From positions 61,506,001-61,570,000 of the forward strand of contig NC_087437.1 of assembly GCF_036321535.1 (NCBI RefSeq): a DNA stretch of 64,000 bases. Direction: 5' to 3'. Below are positions 38,061-49,429 of this stretch, one piece after another. The notes beneath the pieces are model-generated. The model was not told where the DNA came from. It saw only the letters and a list, made by a program, of their open reading frames with translations, and did no database searches. The DNA is from Camelus dromedarius. Taxonomy: Eukaryota. The position numbers and the translations under genes are program-made. How positions within the stretch are numbered: position 1 is the stretch's first letter; each line of letters starts with the position of its first letter.

Positions 38061-39610
38061 AAAACTTTTTTTATTGAGTTATAGTCATTTACAATGTTGT
38101 GATAAATTCCAGTGTAGAGCACAATTTTTCAGTTATATATGAACATACATACATTCGTTGTCGCATTCTCTTTTGCTGTGAGCCACCACAAGATCCTGTA
38201 TATATTTCCCTGTGCTACACAGTGCAACCTTGTTTGTCTGTTCTACATTTTGAAATCCCAGTCTGTCCCTTCCCACCCCCCCGTCCCCCTGGCAACCACA
38301 AGTTCATAGTCTATGTCTATGAGTCTGTTTCTGTTTTGTATTTATGTTTTTGTTTTTGTTTTTGTTTTAGATTCCACATATGAGCGATCTCACATGGTAT
38401 TTTTCTTTCTCTTTCTGGCTTATTTCACTTAGAATGATATTCTCCAGGAACATCCATGTTGCTGCAAATGGTGTTACGTTGTCGGTTTTTATGGCTGAAT
38501 AATATTCCATTGTATAAATACACCACATCTTCTTTATCCAGTCCTCTGTCGATGGATATTTAGGCTGTTTCCAAATCTTGGCTATTGTAAATAGTGCTGC
38601 TATGAACATTGGGGTGCAGGTGTCATTTTGAAGTAGGGTCCCTTCTGGATATATGCCCAGGAGCAGGATTCCTGGGTCATATGGTAAGTCTATTTCTAGT
38701 CTTTTGAGGAATCTCCATACTGTTTTCCACAGTGGCTGCACCAAACTGCATTCCCACGAGCAGTGTAGAAGGGTTCCCTTTTCTCCACAGCCTCTCCAGC
38801 ATTTGTCGTTTGTGGACTTTTGAATGATGGCCATTCTGACTGGTGTGAGGTGATATCTGACTGTAGTTTTGATTTGCATTTCTCTGATAATTAGTGATAT
38901 TGAGCATTTTTCCATGTGCCTATTGATCATTTGTATTTCTTCCTTGGAGAATTGCTTGTTTAGGTCTTCTGCCCAGTTTTGGATTGGGTTGTTTGTTTTT
39001 TTCTTATTAAGTTGTATGAGCTGCTTATATATTCTGGAGATCAAGTCTTTGTCGGTTTCATGATTTGCAAAACTTTTCTCCCATTCCGTAGGTTGTCGTT
39101 TTGTTTTACTTATGGTTTCCTTTGCTGTGCAGAAGCTTGTAAGTTTAATTAGATCCCATTTGTTTATTCTTGCTTTTATTTTTATTTCTTGGGTAGACTG
39201 CCCTAGGAGAGCATTTTTGAGATGTATATGAGATAATGTTTTGCCTATATTTTCTTCTAGGAGATTTGTTGTATCTTGTCTTATGTTTAAGTCTTTGATC
39301 CATTTTGAGTTTATTTTTGTGTTTGGTGTAAGGGAGTGTTCTAGCTTCATTGCTTTACATGCTGCTGTCCAGTTTTCCCAACACCATTTGCTGAAGAGAC
39401 TGTCTTTATTCCATTGTATATTCTTGCCTCCTTTGTCGAAGATTAGTTGACCAGAAGTTTGTGGGTTCATTTCTGGGCTCTCTGTTCTGTTCCATTCATC
39501 TATATGTCTGTTTTTGTACCAGTACCATGCTGTCTTGATTACTGTAGCTCTGTAATATTGTCTGAAGTCTGGGATAGTTATTCCTCCAGCTTCTTTCTTT
39601 TCCTTCAGTA
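38061..39610 (-). mobile_element. Young 5'-truncated L1 with uninterrupted ORF2 C-terminus
   Basis: 367-aa ORF 38367..39470 including the CCHC motif [18 protein letters not shown]; frame stays open to ~39608; GATTTTTTT on both flanks. Confidence 0.95.
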
Positions 39611-41327
39611 GATTTTTTTTCTTTTGATGCCTACCCTATTTACTCCTTGTTTAGGAAAAAGCCATTTCCTTCTTTTAGATTGGAAGAATCCTGTCATAAT
39701 AGCTCTATTTAACTTGAGTTAAATAATAAAATGTTTACAAAACATAATTTTATATTTTATATGCTTTGCTACTTTTAATTTTTAATTATGTTTATACTCT
39801 ATAGTGCTCTAGTTTTAAAACAACCTGGTTAGTCAAAATTATACTTGTGCGCCGACCACCCCCCTTTTTTTGGTGGTCTCCAAACCAAATTCATTTTTAA
39901 GAGGTACTCATGTCTCTGAGATTTCAAGTAGCACCTTGTTAAAGGAAAGTAGTGTTTCAAAAGTAGTGTCTTTCTAACTATTCCCTTTCTGCTCACTGGT
40001 AATTTAAGATGTTCATGCAACTGATATTTATGAAATCTCTATTTTGTAAAAAAATGTTTTTTGAGTGTCTTAACTTTGATGAGCTTTTTTGTAGTTGAAG
40101 GATTGTTCCTTAGGAAGATCAAAGAAAGATCAAAGAACAAACTATTTTGGGGAGATTTGAATTATTTTATATAATATTTGTTTGAATGTGATTAAGAGTC
40201 TTAAAGATTACAGATAGGTGAGGTAGAGTAGTAATATGTAATGTATACAAAAGATCCCTGTAGTTTATATTTCCTTCTTTGACTTCAGAAAAGACTAGTT
40301 ATATTGATATAGTTGTTAGATTATTTGTGTTTATAGCAGTTTGGAAGAAATAACAGGTTAGTTAGTTTTGTGAATTTTATTAAGTTGTTGATCGCTTTCA
40401 GTTTCTTTGGTTTATTTATTGTATTTTCAATTACCAAAATTAGTATTGGAGTTGGGACTTTGGAGAAATCTTCTTAAATGAGTATTTTTGGCTTTTAGTA
40501 ACCTCCTTTTAACAGATGTATATAGGAATCTGGAGTACATTTAGTTTCCTGATCTTCACACTGTTCTGTTGTGCTATTGCAGCAGGGTGATGTTTGTAAA
40601 TTACCTTGGGGCAGTTTGAAATGTTTTTGGAAATAATGGGACTTAGAGATCAATGTGGAAAGAAAAATAAGGTAACCCTGACTTGCTTTGCTAGAGGAGC
40701 AAAGAACCAACCAATAGTTTGTTTTTGGTACTATACCTTTATGATGGTATTTGTTTAATTTTGTATTTACTATTTACATGTCTGTTTCCGTCACTAATTT
40801 TAAACTTACTGAGAGCAGGAATCATATTTTACTTTTGTTTCTGTTACAGTACAGTCTGACACATATACTCATTGCACATACTCAATAAATATTTGCTGAA
40901 TTGAGATGAACTTAGAAATCTAATCTTTTATTGAATGACTTATTTTTTGACTGCCAGTGGTTTTATTGAAAGGTGGTCATCTTTAAAAACTGGAGACTTC
41001 TGTGATTATGGAAAGTAAATATGAGTAATTTTTGTAAGCAGGCTTTTGCTTATTTACATATATCAGGGATAACAGAAATCTTCATTAATTGGTTGATCTG
41101 CTTTGAGCTATTGATTTGAACTTTTCCTTCAAAACTTTCTTCAGTGCTGCAAGTGTTTTGGCTGATTTGAGCTTTTTATATACTTTTAATTATTATCCTC
41201 TTATGGAAGTGCTTTCAAAATAGAAAAGAAGTTAGGGGCATAGGAAATCTATTAACTAGAAAATAAGACTGAGTAGTTGAGTCATTGAGTTAAAATGAAA
41301 ATAATCATTACATTTCCTCTATCACAG

Positions 41328-41456
41328 ATGATATCATCAAATTGAATCGAAAGGAAGGAAAGAAGCAGAATTTCCCGAGGCTAAATAGAAGACTCCAGCA
41401 AAGTGGTGCCCGGCAATTCAGGATGAGAGTCCGATGGGGACTTCAACAGAATTCTG
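41328..41456 (+). CDS. FYTTD1: FYTTD1 coding exon 2 (DDIIKLNRKEGKKQNFPRL...QQNS)
   Basis: CACAG acceptor, G|GTAAGT donor, 129 nt; completes the DMSLDDII motif. Confidence 0.95.
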
Positions 41457-43285
41457 GTAAGTTTTGCAAGTAAGTTTTAATAAAAAGCTATTACTTGTAG
41501 GCTCATAGTATACTAACTTTGATACATACTTAAAACGTGGAGGAAACATACCAGTACCCTTTGTTTGTGATTTGTATTTACTCTCAGGGTTTTGTTTAAT
41601 CTTAAAATCTGCTAAAAATTCAAGTTAACTTAAATAGATGATAACACTTTCTTAGAAACATCAGGTCATTTTAAAGTAACCTCTGTGCATAGTCTATATT
41701 ATATTTAGGGCTGTAGATTTGTAAGGAATCTTACGTATCATGAAATCTTATCTCCTTCCTAGTTACATGTTCATTTAACAATCTGTCTGATAAGTGACTG
41801 TAATTCCAGTTTAAATATATTCGATGAAAGAGTATACCACCTCACAAGGTAACTTTTTCCATTATTGGAGACAGCACTGTTCACTAGACAATTCTCTTGA
41901 CTTAAATCTTGCCTTTCTGTTAATTCTACAGAGTAATAGAAAGCAAACTCCCTTTTCTGTATGAAAACATTTTAAATATGTGGAAGCTATTATTGTGCAT
42001 AGAAAATGACTTCTAGGTTATTCATCTTATCATCCAGGACCTTTGAAATTTTTAAATCCTCCGAAGATGACACAGAATTGGAACTCTACATATACAGTTA
42101 TTTTTGGTAATCTAGAAGCTTATTTATTTAGAACATCTTCTTCCAAAATGGACTTTGGGCAGTAACTGAACACTATTAATTATATATGACTCATTAACTT
42201 TTTTAGCAGTTACATCAGCATTTTTAAATAAATCTTTGTTGAGATTTAAAAAATTCTAGATCTTTTTTATACATATGAAAAAATGTTTGATAAACTAATT
42301 CGTGAGCTGATTTTTATCCTGTATGTTAAAAAACATAAAAAATAATCTCCAAGTGATTGAACATAATTAATTCAATTAATTCTATGTTTAGCAGTTAGTA
42401 TACCAACATATCCTCAAAATATGTCTATAATTAAGATTAAATGCTACAAGAATTTTTATTCCTCCCTAATAATTTCTTGAATAGCTGAACTCAAGTGAGT
42501 AAATTTTGTGACAGGTATTTAGCTATAGAAAATTAATATTTAATTCTAGTGATTTATACTTAAAAGTTTCCTTATAAATGTTATTCAGTGTACCATAATT
42601 TACATATGATTTGTTTCGAAATAATTTTATTTATTTATTTTAATTGCATGTTAAATACCCAGTGAATGCTCTGAACTGACCAGGTTCTCAGGATATGTAA
42701 AGATGTAGTCTCATACTTCATGGAATTTCTAGGAACAGAGATAAGATAGAAAACATAGAGTTGAGAAGTGTCAAAGGGAAATACTTTTAGTACTGTCAGA
42801 TTTTAGATAGGGATTTTATGCTAACAACATCAGTGGTGATTTAATGGATAAGATGAAATAGAATCTGGATCAAAAAAGCTTTCCTTTTTCAGGAATTATA
42901 ATCTAAGCCTTGAGCTAACTGATACCTCGGGGCAGTTTAGGATCTTCTGAGATTGAATTTATACTTGTATGTTCTCCATTTACATGTGATGGCCTAAAAT
43001 AGAACAGCTGCTGCTGTGACTAAATGTGCAGAGAGATATGGGATTGTCTTAAGCTCTGGTTAGGAATAATTCAGATTTCTACATTGTAATGTCACTGAGG
43101 ATGTTAGCTTGAGGTAAGAGAACGAGTAGCACAGAGAGCCTTTGGCATATACTCAATAAATTCTTTTTGATGGCTGAGCAAATAAGTGAATAAAGTCTTC
43201 CAAATTCTGTGCCTGAAATATAGTTTTTCACTCAGTAAATGCTTGCACAACCTAGATGTTCTCCAGGGATGGAATACTATACAAC

Positions 43286-43786
43286 AACAGTTCTCAAAGT
43301 GTTGTCCAGAGACCCCGGGGAATCCCTAAGATTCAAGGGGTCCACAAGTTCAAAACTATTTCTATAATAATACGAAGATATATTAATTGTGTTTTCAGCC
43401 TTATTCTCTCATGAATGTATAATGAACTTTTCTGAAGTCTACATGACGTGTGATAATTCAAACAGTTTGGATACAGAAGCAGAAATGAGAATCTTATCTT
43501 TTATTAAGCCAGACACTAAAGAGATTTGCAAAAATGTGAAACAGTGCTACTCTTCCTATTAAGAATTTTTGTTTGTTTAGGGAAAATAATAGTTATTTTT
43601 TGTTAAAAAATATGTTATTAGCCCTATATCTGGTGAGTTTATTATTTTAATAAAATAATAAATAGTTTTTAAATGTCATAGTTTTTGTTTGTAGTATGGT
43701 AAATATCAATAAACATATTTTTTGGGGTCCTCAGTAATTTTTAAGAGTATAAAGAAGTCCTGAGACCAAAAAGTTTGAGAATGCTG
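43286..43786 (+). mobile_element. Charlie4a-like hAT element
   Basis: Ends ..GTTCTCAAAG / TTTGAGAATGCTG are inverted repeats; ~500 bp; internal GGGGTCC...CAAAACTATTTT. Confidence 0.7.
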
Positions 43787-45787
43787 TTTCTTTTAGAGGT
43801 AGAAGAGACGAGAGTATTTGTAGGCTATTTTGAGAAGGAGCCAGTAACATGATAACATACACTCTGATACATTTTCCAGAAAATCCCTCAAATCTTCATG
43901 TAAGTGATCAGGCTATAGAAAGTACTGAGGCAAGTGGATGTGTTTGTGAAAGAAATTCATGAAGGAATTGGGCTAAGGATTCAGAGGAAACTTTAGCCTT
44001 AGATCATGGCTCTGCCATTTACTAACTGACCTCTGGGTAATCATTGTTCTACATCTCACTTTGCTCACTTTTTCAAAATGGAGATATTAGCATCAGCTTC
44101 ATCAAGTTCTCATTTAAATTAAGGTACTCAGCACAATGCCTAGAGCTTTATAAATTAGTGGAGCTTTATAAATTAGTCTGATGCGCTGGCTGCACTCCAT
44201 TGCTACTAAACCAGAATCTGTAGAAGTAGGGCCTAGGGATTTTTTTTTTTTAGCTCCATATGTGCTTTTGATACATAGCTATTGTGTTAAACTGCTGCTC
44301 CAGTGGAGGTGAAAATGAAAGATCTTCATAGAGGTAGTAGTTGAAGTAATGAGAATGAAGGTACTCTGGAAAAACAGAAGAGAACTTTTTAAGGGGTTAA
44401 ATGGATGAAAACTAAGAAAAGACTATTGCATGAAACATGGCAATGAAAGGGTAAAATAGAACCATTGCTAAAATTGAGATATAGCTAATGAAGTTTGTTC
44501 AAAGATAGAAAAGAAGGGAGGAAGAACGGATGATCCAGGCTTGCTAGAAGGTAAAGGAGAAGAAGCCACTGACAAGAAAGGAAGAAGAATATGGGAGAAA
44601 GGGTGATGACTATGGGAATGTCTATAACAGTCAGAAATAGAAGGGACCCAGGAATAGAATTCTATCCCATACTTTTCTCCTTTTAACCAGCTTTATTCTT
44701 GTTAGTGAGATTTTTTTCATGAGTCTTTCTCACATAAGATTAAAATTTTAGTATAATAGTTGATTCTTCCTCTTTTTAAACTTTCTCTTAGCTCTACTGA
44801 TTCATTTGTATTTTTTGTAAATTCTTTGTTCCTCACCCAGTCTCTTATGCTGAGTGTTGCAGTTGCATCTGAAATGGTCTCACTACCTTCTCTCTTCTTT
44901 CATTCACTAGAAGGTACTGCTTCTAGACTGATGTAGTCTGATCATGAATTCTGTGACCTCCACCCCATTCCTTGTCAAGTGTAGTCTTTATCCACGCTTA
45001 CAGCCCTGTGATTTGCACCCACCACGTCCATTCACTTCTTATCCTTTTCCCTAGACTGTCTCTCAATAACTGTGGTTGCCCATGTCTTTGTACTTGTCAC
45101 TTTGTCTATATTCCTATTCATAGTTTGCCCGTTGTATAATAACTAGCTCAGAACCTGCTTTTTCTGTAATAGTTTTTTTTTTTTTATCTTTGGAAATGTA
45201 CCATACATTATATTCTGCCTTTTATTATTCTTTAGTTTTTTATATATAACAGTTGGAAACTTTCAGTTTTTGGAGCCACACAAACTTGCACCGCAGATCA
45301 TGGCTCTGCCATTTACTAACTGACCTCTGGGTAATCATAGTTCTACATCTACTTTGCTCACTTTTTCAAAATGGATATATTAGCATCAACTTCATCAAGT
45401 TCTCATTTAAATTAAGGTACTCAGCACAATGCCTAGTTCAGTTAATGGTAGCTGCTTCATTTAATATAACTAAAAATAGCAAGTAGTTGTAGATTTAATT
45501 TAAATATACAAGTTTCTCTAATAGGCTTAATCTTTGGTTGCTGTTCTAGAAGGAAATCAAACATAGAGCAGCAGTAATTTGATTTTAACATTTTATAAAA
45601 GTATACCTTTATTGCTTTTTTCCTAATTATAAAAGTAATAAAATCAGTACCTTTAGTACTGAGGCAGAGCACCCAAGAAAGGAACAAATCTGGAAGAACT
45701 CCCTGCCACACTGAATAGCCATGCTGGTGGAATTCACTGGGAAGTGATCTGTAAGGATGATGGAGCTTAAATTCATTGGAGAATGAG

Positions 45788-45915
45788 CAGGGCCAGAATT
45801 AGAGTGATGCCTAGGACTGGATCTAGATAGATGCCTAGGGCCTAACATTTAAGGCGTCACTCACTCTCAGATTTTGTGCCCTAGGCGCCTCTCTTGCCTC
45901 ACCATAGTCTCAGCT
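45788..45915. mobile_element. MER96-like element
   Basis: CAGGGCC...GCCTAGGG...CACTCACTCTCAG...TGCCCTAGGCGCCTC. Confidence 0.55.
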
Positions 45916-45929
45916 TGCGGGGGAGGGAT

Positions 45930-46145
45930 AATGAGTGCCACTGGGTATCCTATGCCACAGGAACAAGCCTTGAGGTGCACACTGGAACCTGGAAGAAAAG
46001 CTCCTTCTTCTTCTAGAGTCCCTCCAGCGCCCTCTGCTGACAAAGCTTAACATCATGCCAGCTGGTAAGAGAAATGTTCCAGCAACAGAAGCCGGGCAGT
46101 AAAGAGTGAATTGGGAACTGAAAGACAATAAACTGGTAAATGGTT
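45930..46145. mobile_element. LTR41-like LTR fragment with CTCF-like motif
   Basis: CCCTCCAGCGCCCTCTGCTGACAAAGCTTAACATC resembles recalled LTR41 sequence. Confidence 0.55.
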
Positions 46146-46399
46146 CAACCATGGTAATGTTTATAGGTATTCCTGATTGTCTTGTTGAATTCTGGTCTCA
46201 AAGTGGAAACACCACACTAAAGCGTTCTGGAAGTAGATAAACTTGAGAATGACATACATAATTATCTGTGTCTTATGAGAGTCATCGCACACATTGGTCC
46301 TGAGAAATTCTACAGTAAAGAAAACTGTTTTAACTTCATGTAGTTTGTGAAATAAGTTGAAAGATCTATTACTATATTGCAGGTGTATAGTATGCAAGA

Positions 46400-47330
46400 T
46401 ACCATTCTAAAGACATTACCGCCAAAATTAGAATTAAGATAAGAATGCCCAGTATCACAGTTATTACTTAGCATAGTTCTTTGGAATTTCTGGCCATTGC
46501 ATTAAGAAATAAAAGAATTTGAGGTGTAATTGTTGGAAGGAAGAAAACATCATTCGTGAGTGATATGACTGTCATTCAGAAATCCCAAGAAAATAATTTG
46601 AAAAAGTGTTAGAACTAATAAGTGAATTCAAGGGGATGGCTAATTAAAAGATGTCAATTAAAACCCATAGCCTTCTGTATTCCCAGGAATGCCAATATGA
46701 AAATTATTAATAGGTAAGGGATCTTTTTGTGATTGACAACAAATGTATAAAATACCTAGTAATAAGCTTAACAAGAACTGTGGAAGACCTATGGGAGGAA
46801 AAGCTTGAAACTTTACTGAGCCAAATTTGTCATAAAAGAAGACTTGGATAAGTGGAAAGATATAACATATTCCTGAAAATTATAAAAATATTAATTCTTG
46901 AAAAATTAATTATAAATTTGAAGTAATTCTTCTATCAAAGCATCAAAGGTAATTAGAATTTGACCCTAGAAAACTGATTTATGAACATGACCGTTTGTGA
47001 ATGGAATAATACAGACAGCCAAAAAACACATGTAAAATGTTCATTCTCACTAGTATGCTACCAAATAAGACACGTTTTTTTCCCAAATGCTAAGTGATAA
47101 AGATTAAACAGGATAATATTCAGAGTAGTCAATGATATGGAAAGAGTGTCACCCTTATGTTTCTGGAAATATAAATAAATATATTCATTCTGGAAGGAAT
47201 TTTTATAATAAGAATCAAAATCCATAAAGATTTGCTTTACTCTTTGATACAGCATTTCAACCTTTGGAAATTTATATATTGAGGAAATAGTCATGAAAAT
47301 GTTAACTGTAGTGTTATTGTAATGTTATTT
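46400..47330 (+). mobile_element. Highly diverged L1ME-like fragment
   Basis: Residual ORF2 motifs (TTAGAACTAATAAGTGAATTCA; AAATACCTAG..ATAAG). Confidence 0.6.
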
Positions 47331-47918
47331 ATAGTATGTAACATTAGGAGTAACTTAAGTGACTAGTATGAGTATAAAAGACATGGGATTAATTTTCATA
47401 ATATAGTGTTAATGTAGACTACAAGGTAGTATGTGGAGTATGAAATGTGGTTGCTAGAAGATTGACTCAATTTACCTTCTAGGCACTTGGTACTACAAAA
47501 TTGTCAATTACCTCATATAGTAGTCTTGAATTGCTTAAAAACACTTGAAACTAAAAGTGTTAACTTGAAATGTATGTATACAAGTAAAAGACTAGAAAAA
47601 CATAGATTATTAGTAGTAGTTATATCTAGGCAGTGGGCTAATGGTGGTGGCTTTTATTTTCTTATTTGTATTTTATATGGTTTTAAGATTTTTTTCAATG
47701 AGTATGTTTACTTTTTCATAGTTAGAAAAAAGTATTTAAATAGATAAGACACATGATGGAAAAGCAAAGTCGGAAATGCCACATACTATAGAGATTAAAA
47801 TATAGTATCTATTGGAACTTACCTGGGGACTTGCAGAAGCAGTTTGAATACAGTATGACTGAAAATAAAGAAGCCAGATTGCAACATAGTAAATAAGAGA
47901 TGAGGTAGTGATTCCACT

Positions 47919-48122
47919 CTAGATCAGTGCCATCCAACAAATAAAATGTGAGCCACGTATTAATATTTTTTATTTGACCTTATATATCTAAAATATTGTA
48001 ACTTATGATTAATATAAAACTATTAATGAAGTATTATACATTCTTTTATTATATCTCAGTTCAGACTAGTCATACGTCAAGTACTCAGTAACCATATTTG
48101 GTTAGAGGCTACCACATTGCAC
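47919..48122 (+). mobile_element. MER33-like hAT MITE
   Basis: CTAGATCAGTG...GTGAGCCAC...GGTTAGAGGCTACCACATTG. Confidence 0.6.
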
Positions 48123-48459
48123 AAGGAAAGTTGAGGCTGTTGTGTTTGTTGAGAAAATAATGCCAGAGAGAGGATAGCTAGTGGGGAAATGTGAGAATCC
48201 TCTAGTCTTTTGCAGTCCATTACAGCAACAGAATTCTTTCCAGTACAGCTTGTTGCATCTTTAAAAATGAAATATTTTATGTAATTTTAAAGAAATGTAT
48301 ATTAATAGTAATATAAGAAATATCATATAAATAATAAATAAAAAAATAAAGCACTCATATCTTTCACCTTGCTTAGAAATAGAATATCCTGTGACCCCTG
48401 TGCCACTCACTTGTATTCTTAGATTACTTTTTCTTCTTTTTTTTTTCCCTCTCCTACAG

Positions 48460-48608
48460 GTTTTGGTAAGAATAATCTGAGCCGTAGAGGAAGAGTGATG
48501 CCTGGAAAGAGACGTCCTTATGGAGTTATCACTGGCCTTGCAGCTAGGAAAGCAACTGGAATTCGAAAAGGAATTAGTCCTATGAATCGACCACTTCTAA
48601 GTGACAAG
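48460..48608 (+). CDS. FYTTD1: FYTTD1 coding exon 3 (GFGKNNLSRRGRVMPGK...LSDK)
   Basis: Long pyrimidine tract + CAG, AAG|GTAGGA donor, 149 nt. Confidence 0.95.
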
Positions 48609-48647
48609 GTAGGATGATGACTAATCCTGAGTCCGAAATCCTTTTCC

Positions 48648-48935
48648 TTACAAATGAATCTTTATACAAAACAGACTCAAAGATGTAGAAAACAAACTTA
48701 CACTTACTAAAGGGGAAAGGGGAGGGGAGGGGTAAATTAGGAGTATAGGATTAACAGATATAAACTACAATACATAAAATAGATAAGCAAAAAGAATTTA
48801 CTGTATAGCACAAGGAACTATATTCAATATCTTGTAACAACATATAATGGAAAATAATCTGAAAAAATGTATATATAATTGAATCACTGAAACTAACACA
48901 ATATTATAAATCAGCTATACTTCAATTAAAAAAAA
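48648..48935 (+). mobile_element. L1 3'UTR stub with poly(A)
   Basis: Similar to the 3'UTR of the 6689-7288 L1; TSD GAAA..CTTTTCC at 48635-48647 and 48936-48948. Confidence 0.85.
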
Positions 48936-49429
48936 GAAACACTTTTCCATTTATTTGTACTAATATTTCTGTGAATGAGCTTGAGAGAGTATTTTATTTG
49001 AATATTTTGATTTTCACAATGTAGTACTTTGGGGTTTATATAAAAAATTTAATAACTAAATAAAAATCATTGCCATTCATGAAGAATATCTAAATTACCA
49101 CATTTTCAAATATAAATTTTTTTTTCCAGGTTTCTGACTTTCCCTGTATGTGTGTGTGTGTGTTGTGTGTGTGTATGTATGTTTGCAGTCTTTAACAGGT
49201 TATTAAAGTATAATTTTATAATATAAAATTTATTTTAACTGTACAATTTAGTGAAATTTTAGAAAACTTAGAGTTGTACAGTCATCACAATAATCAAATT
49301 TTAGAACATTTCTATCACTCTAAAAAGAAATCTCATGTCCATTCACAGTCATACCCTTTCAGTTGCCTCAGGCAACCACTATTCTGCTTCCTGTAGATTT
49401 TCTATAAATTTACCTTTTCTGCACATTTC

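Noticed and set aside
38367..39470. 367-aa ORF as a host gene
   Set aside because: It is the C-terminus of L1 ORF2p in a 5'-truncated element lacking promoter, endonuclease and RT.
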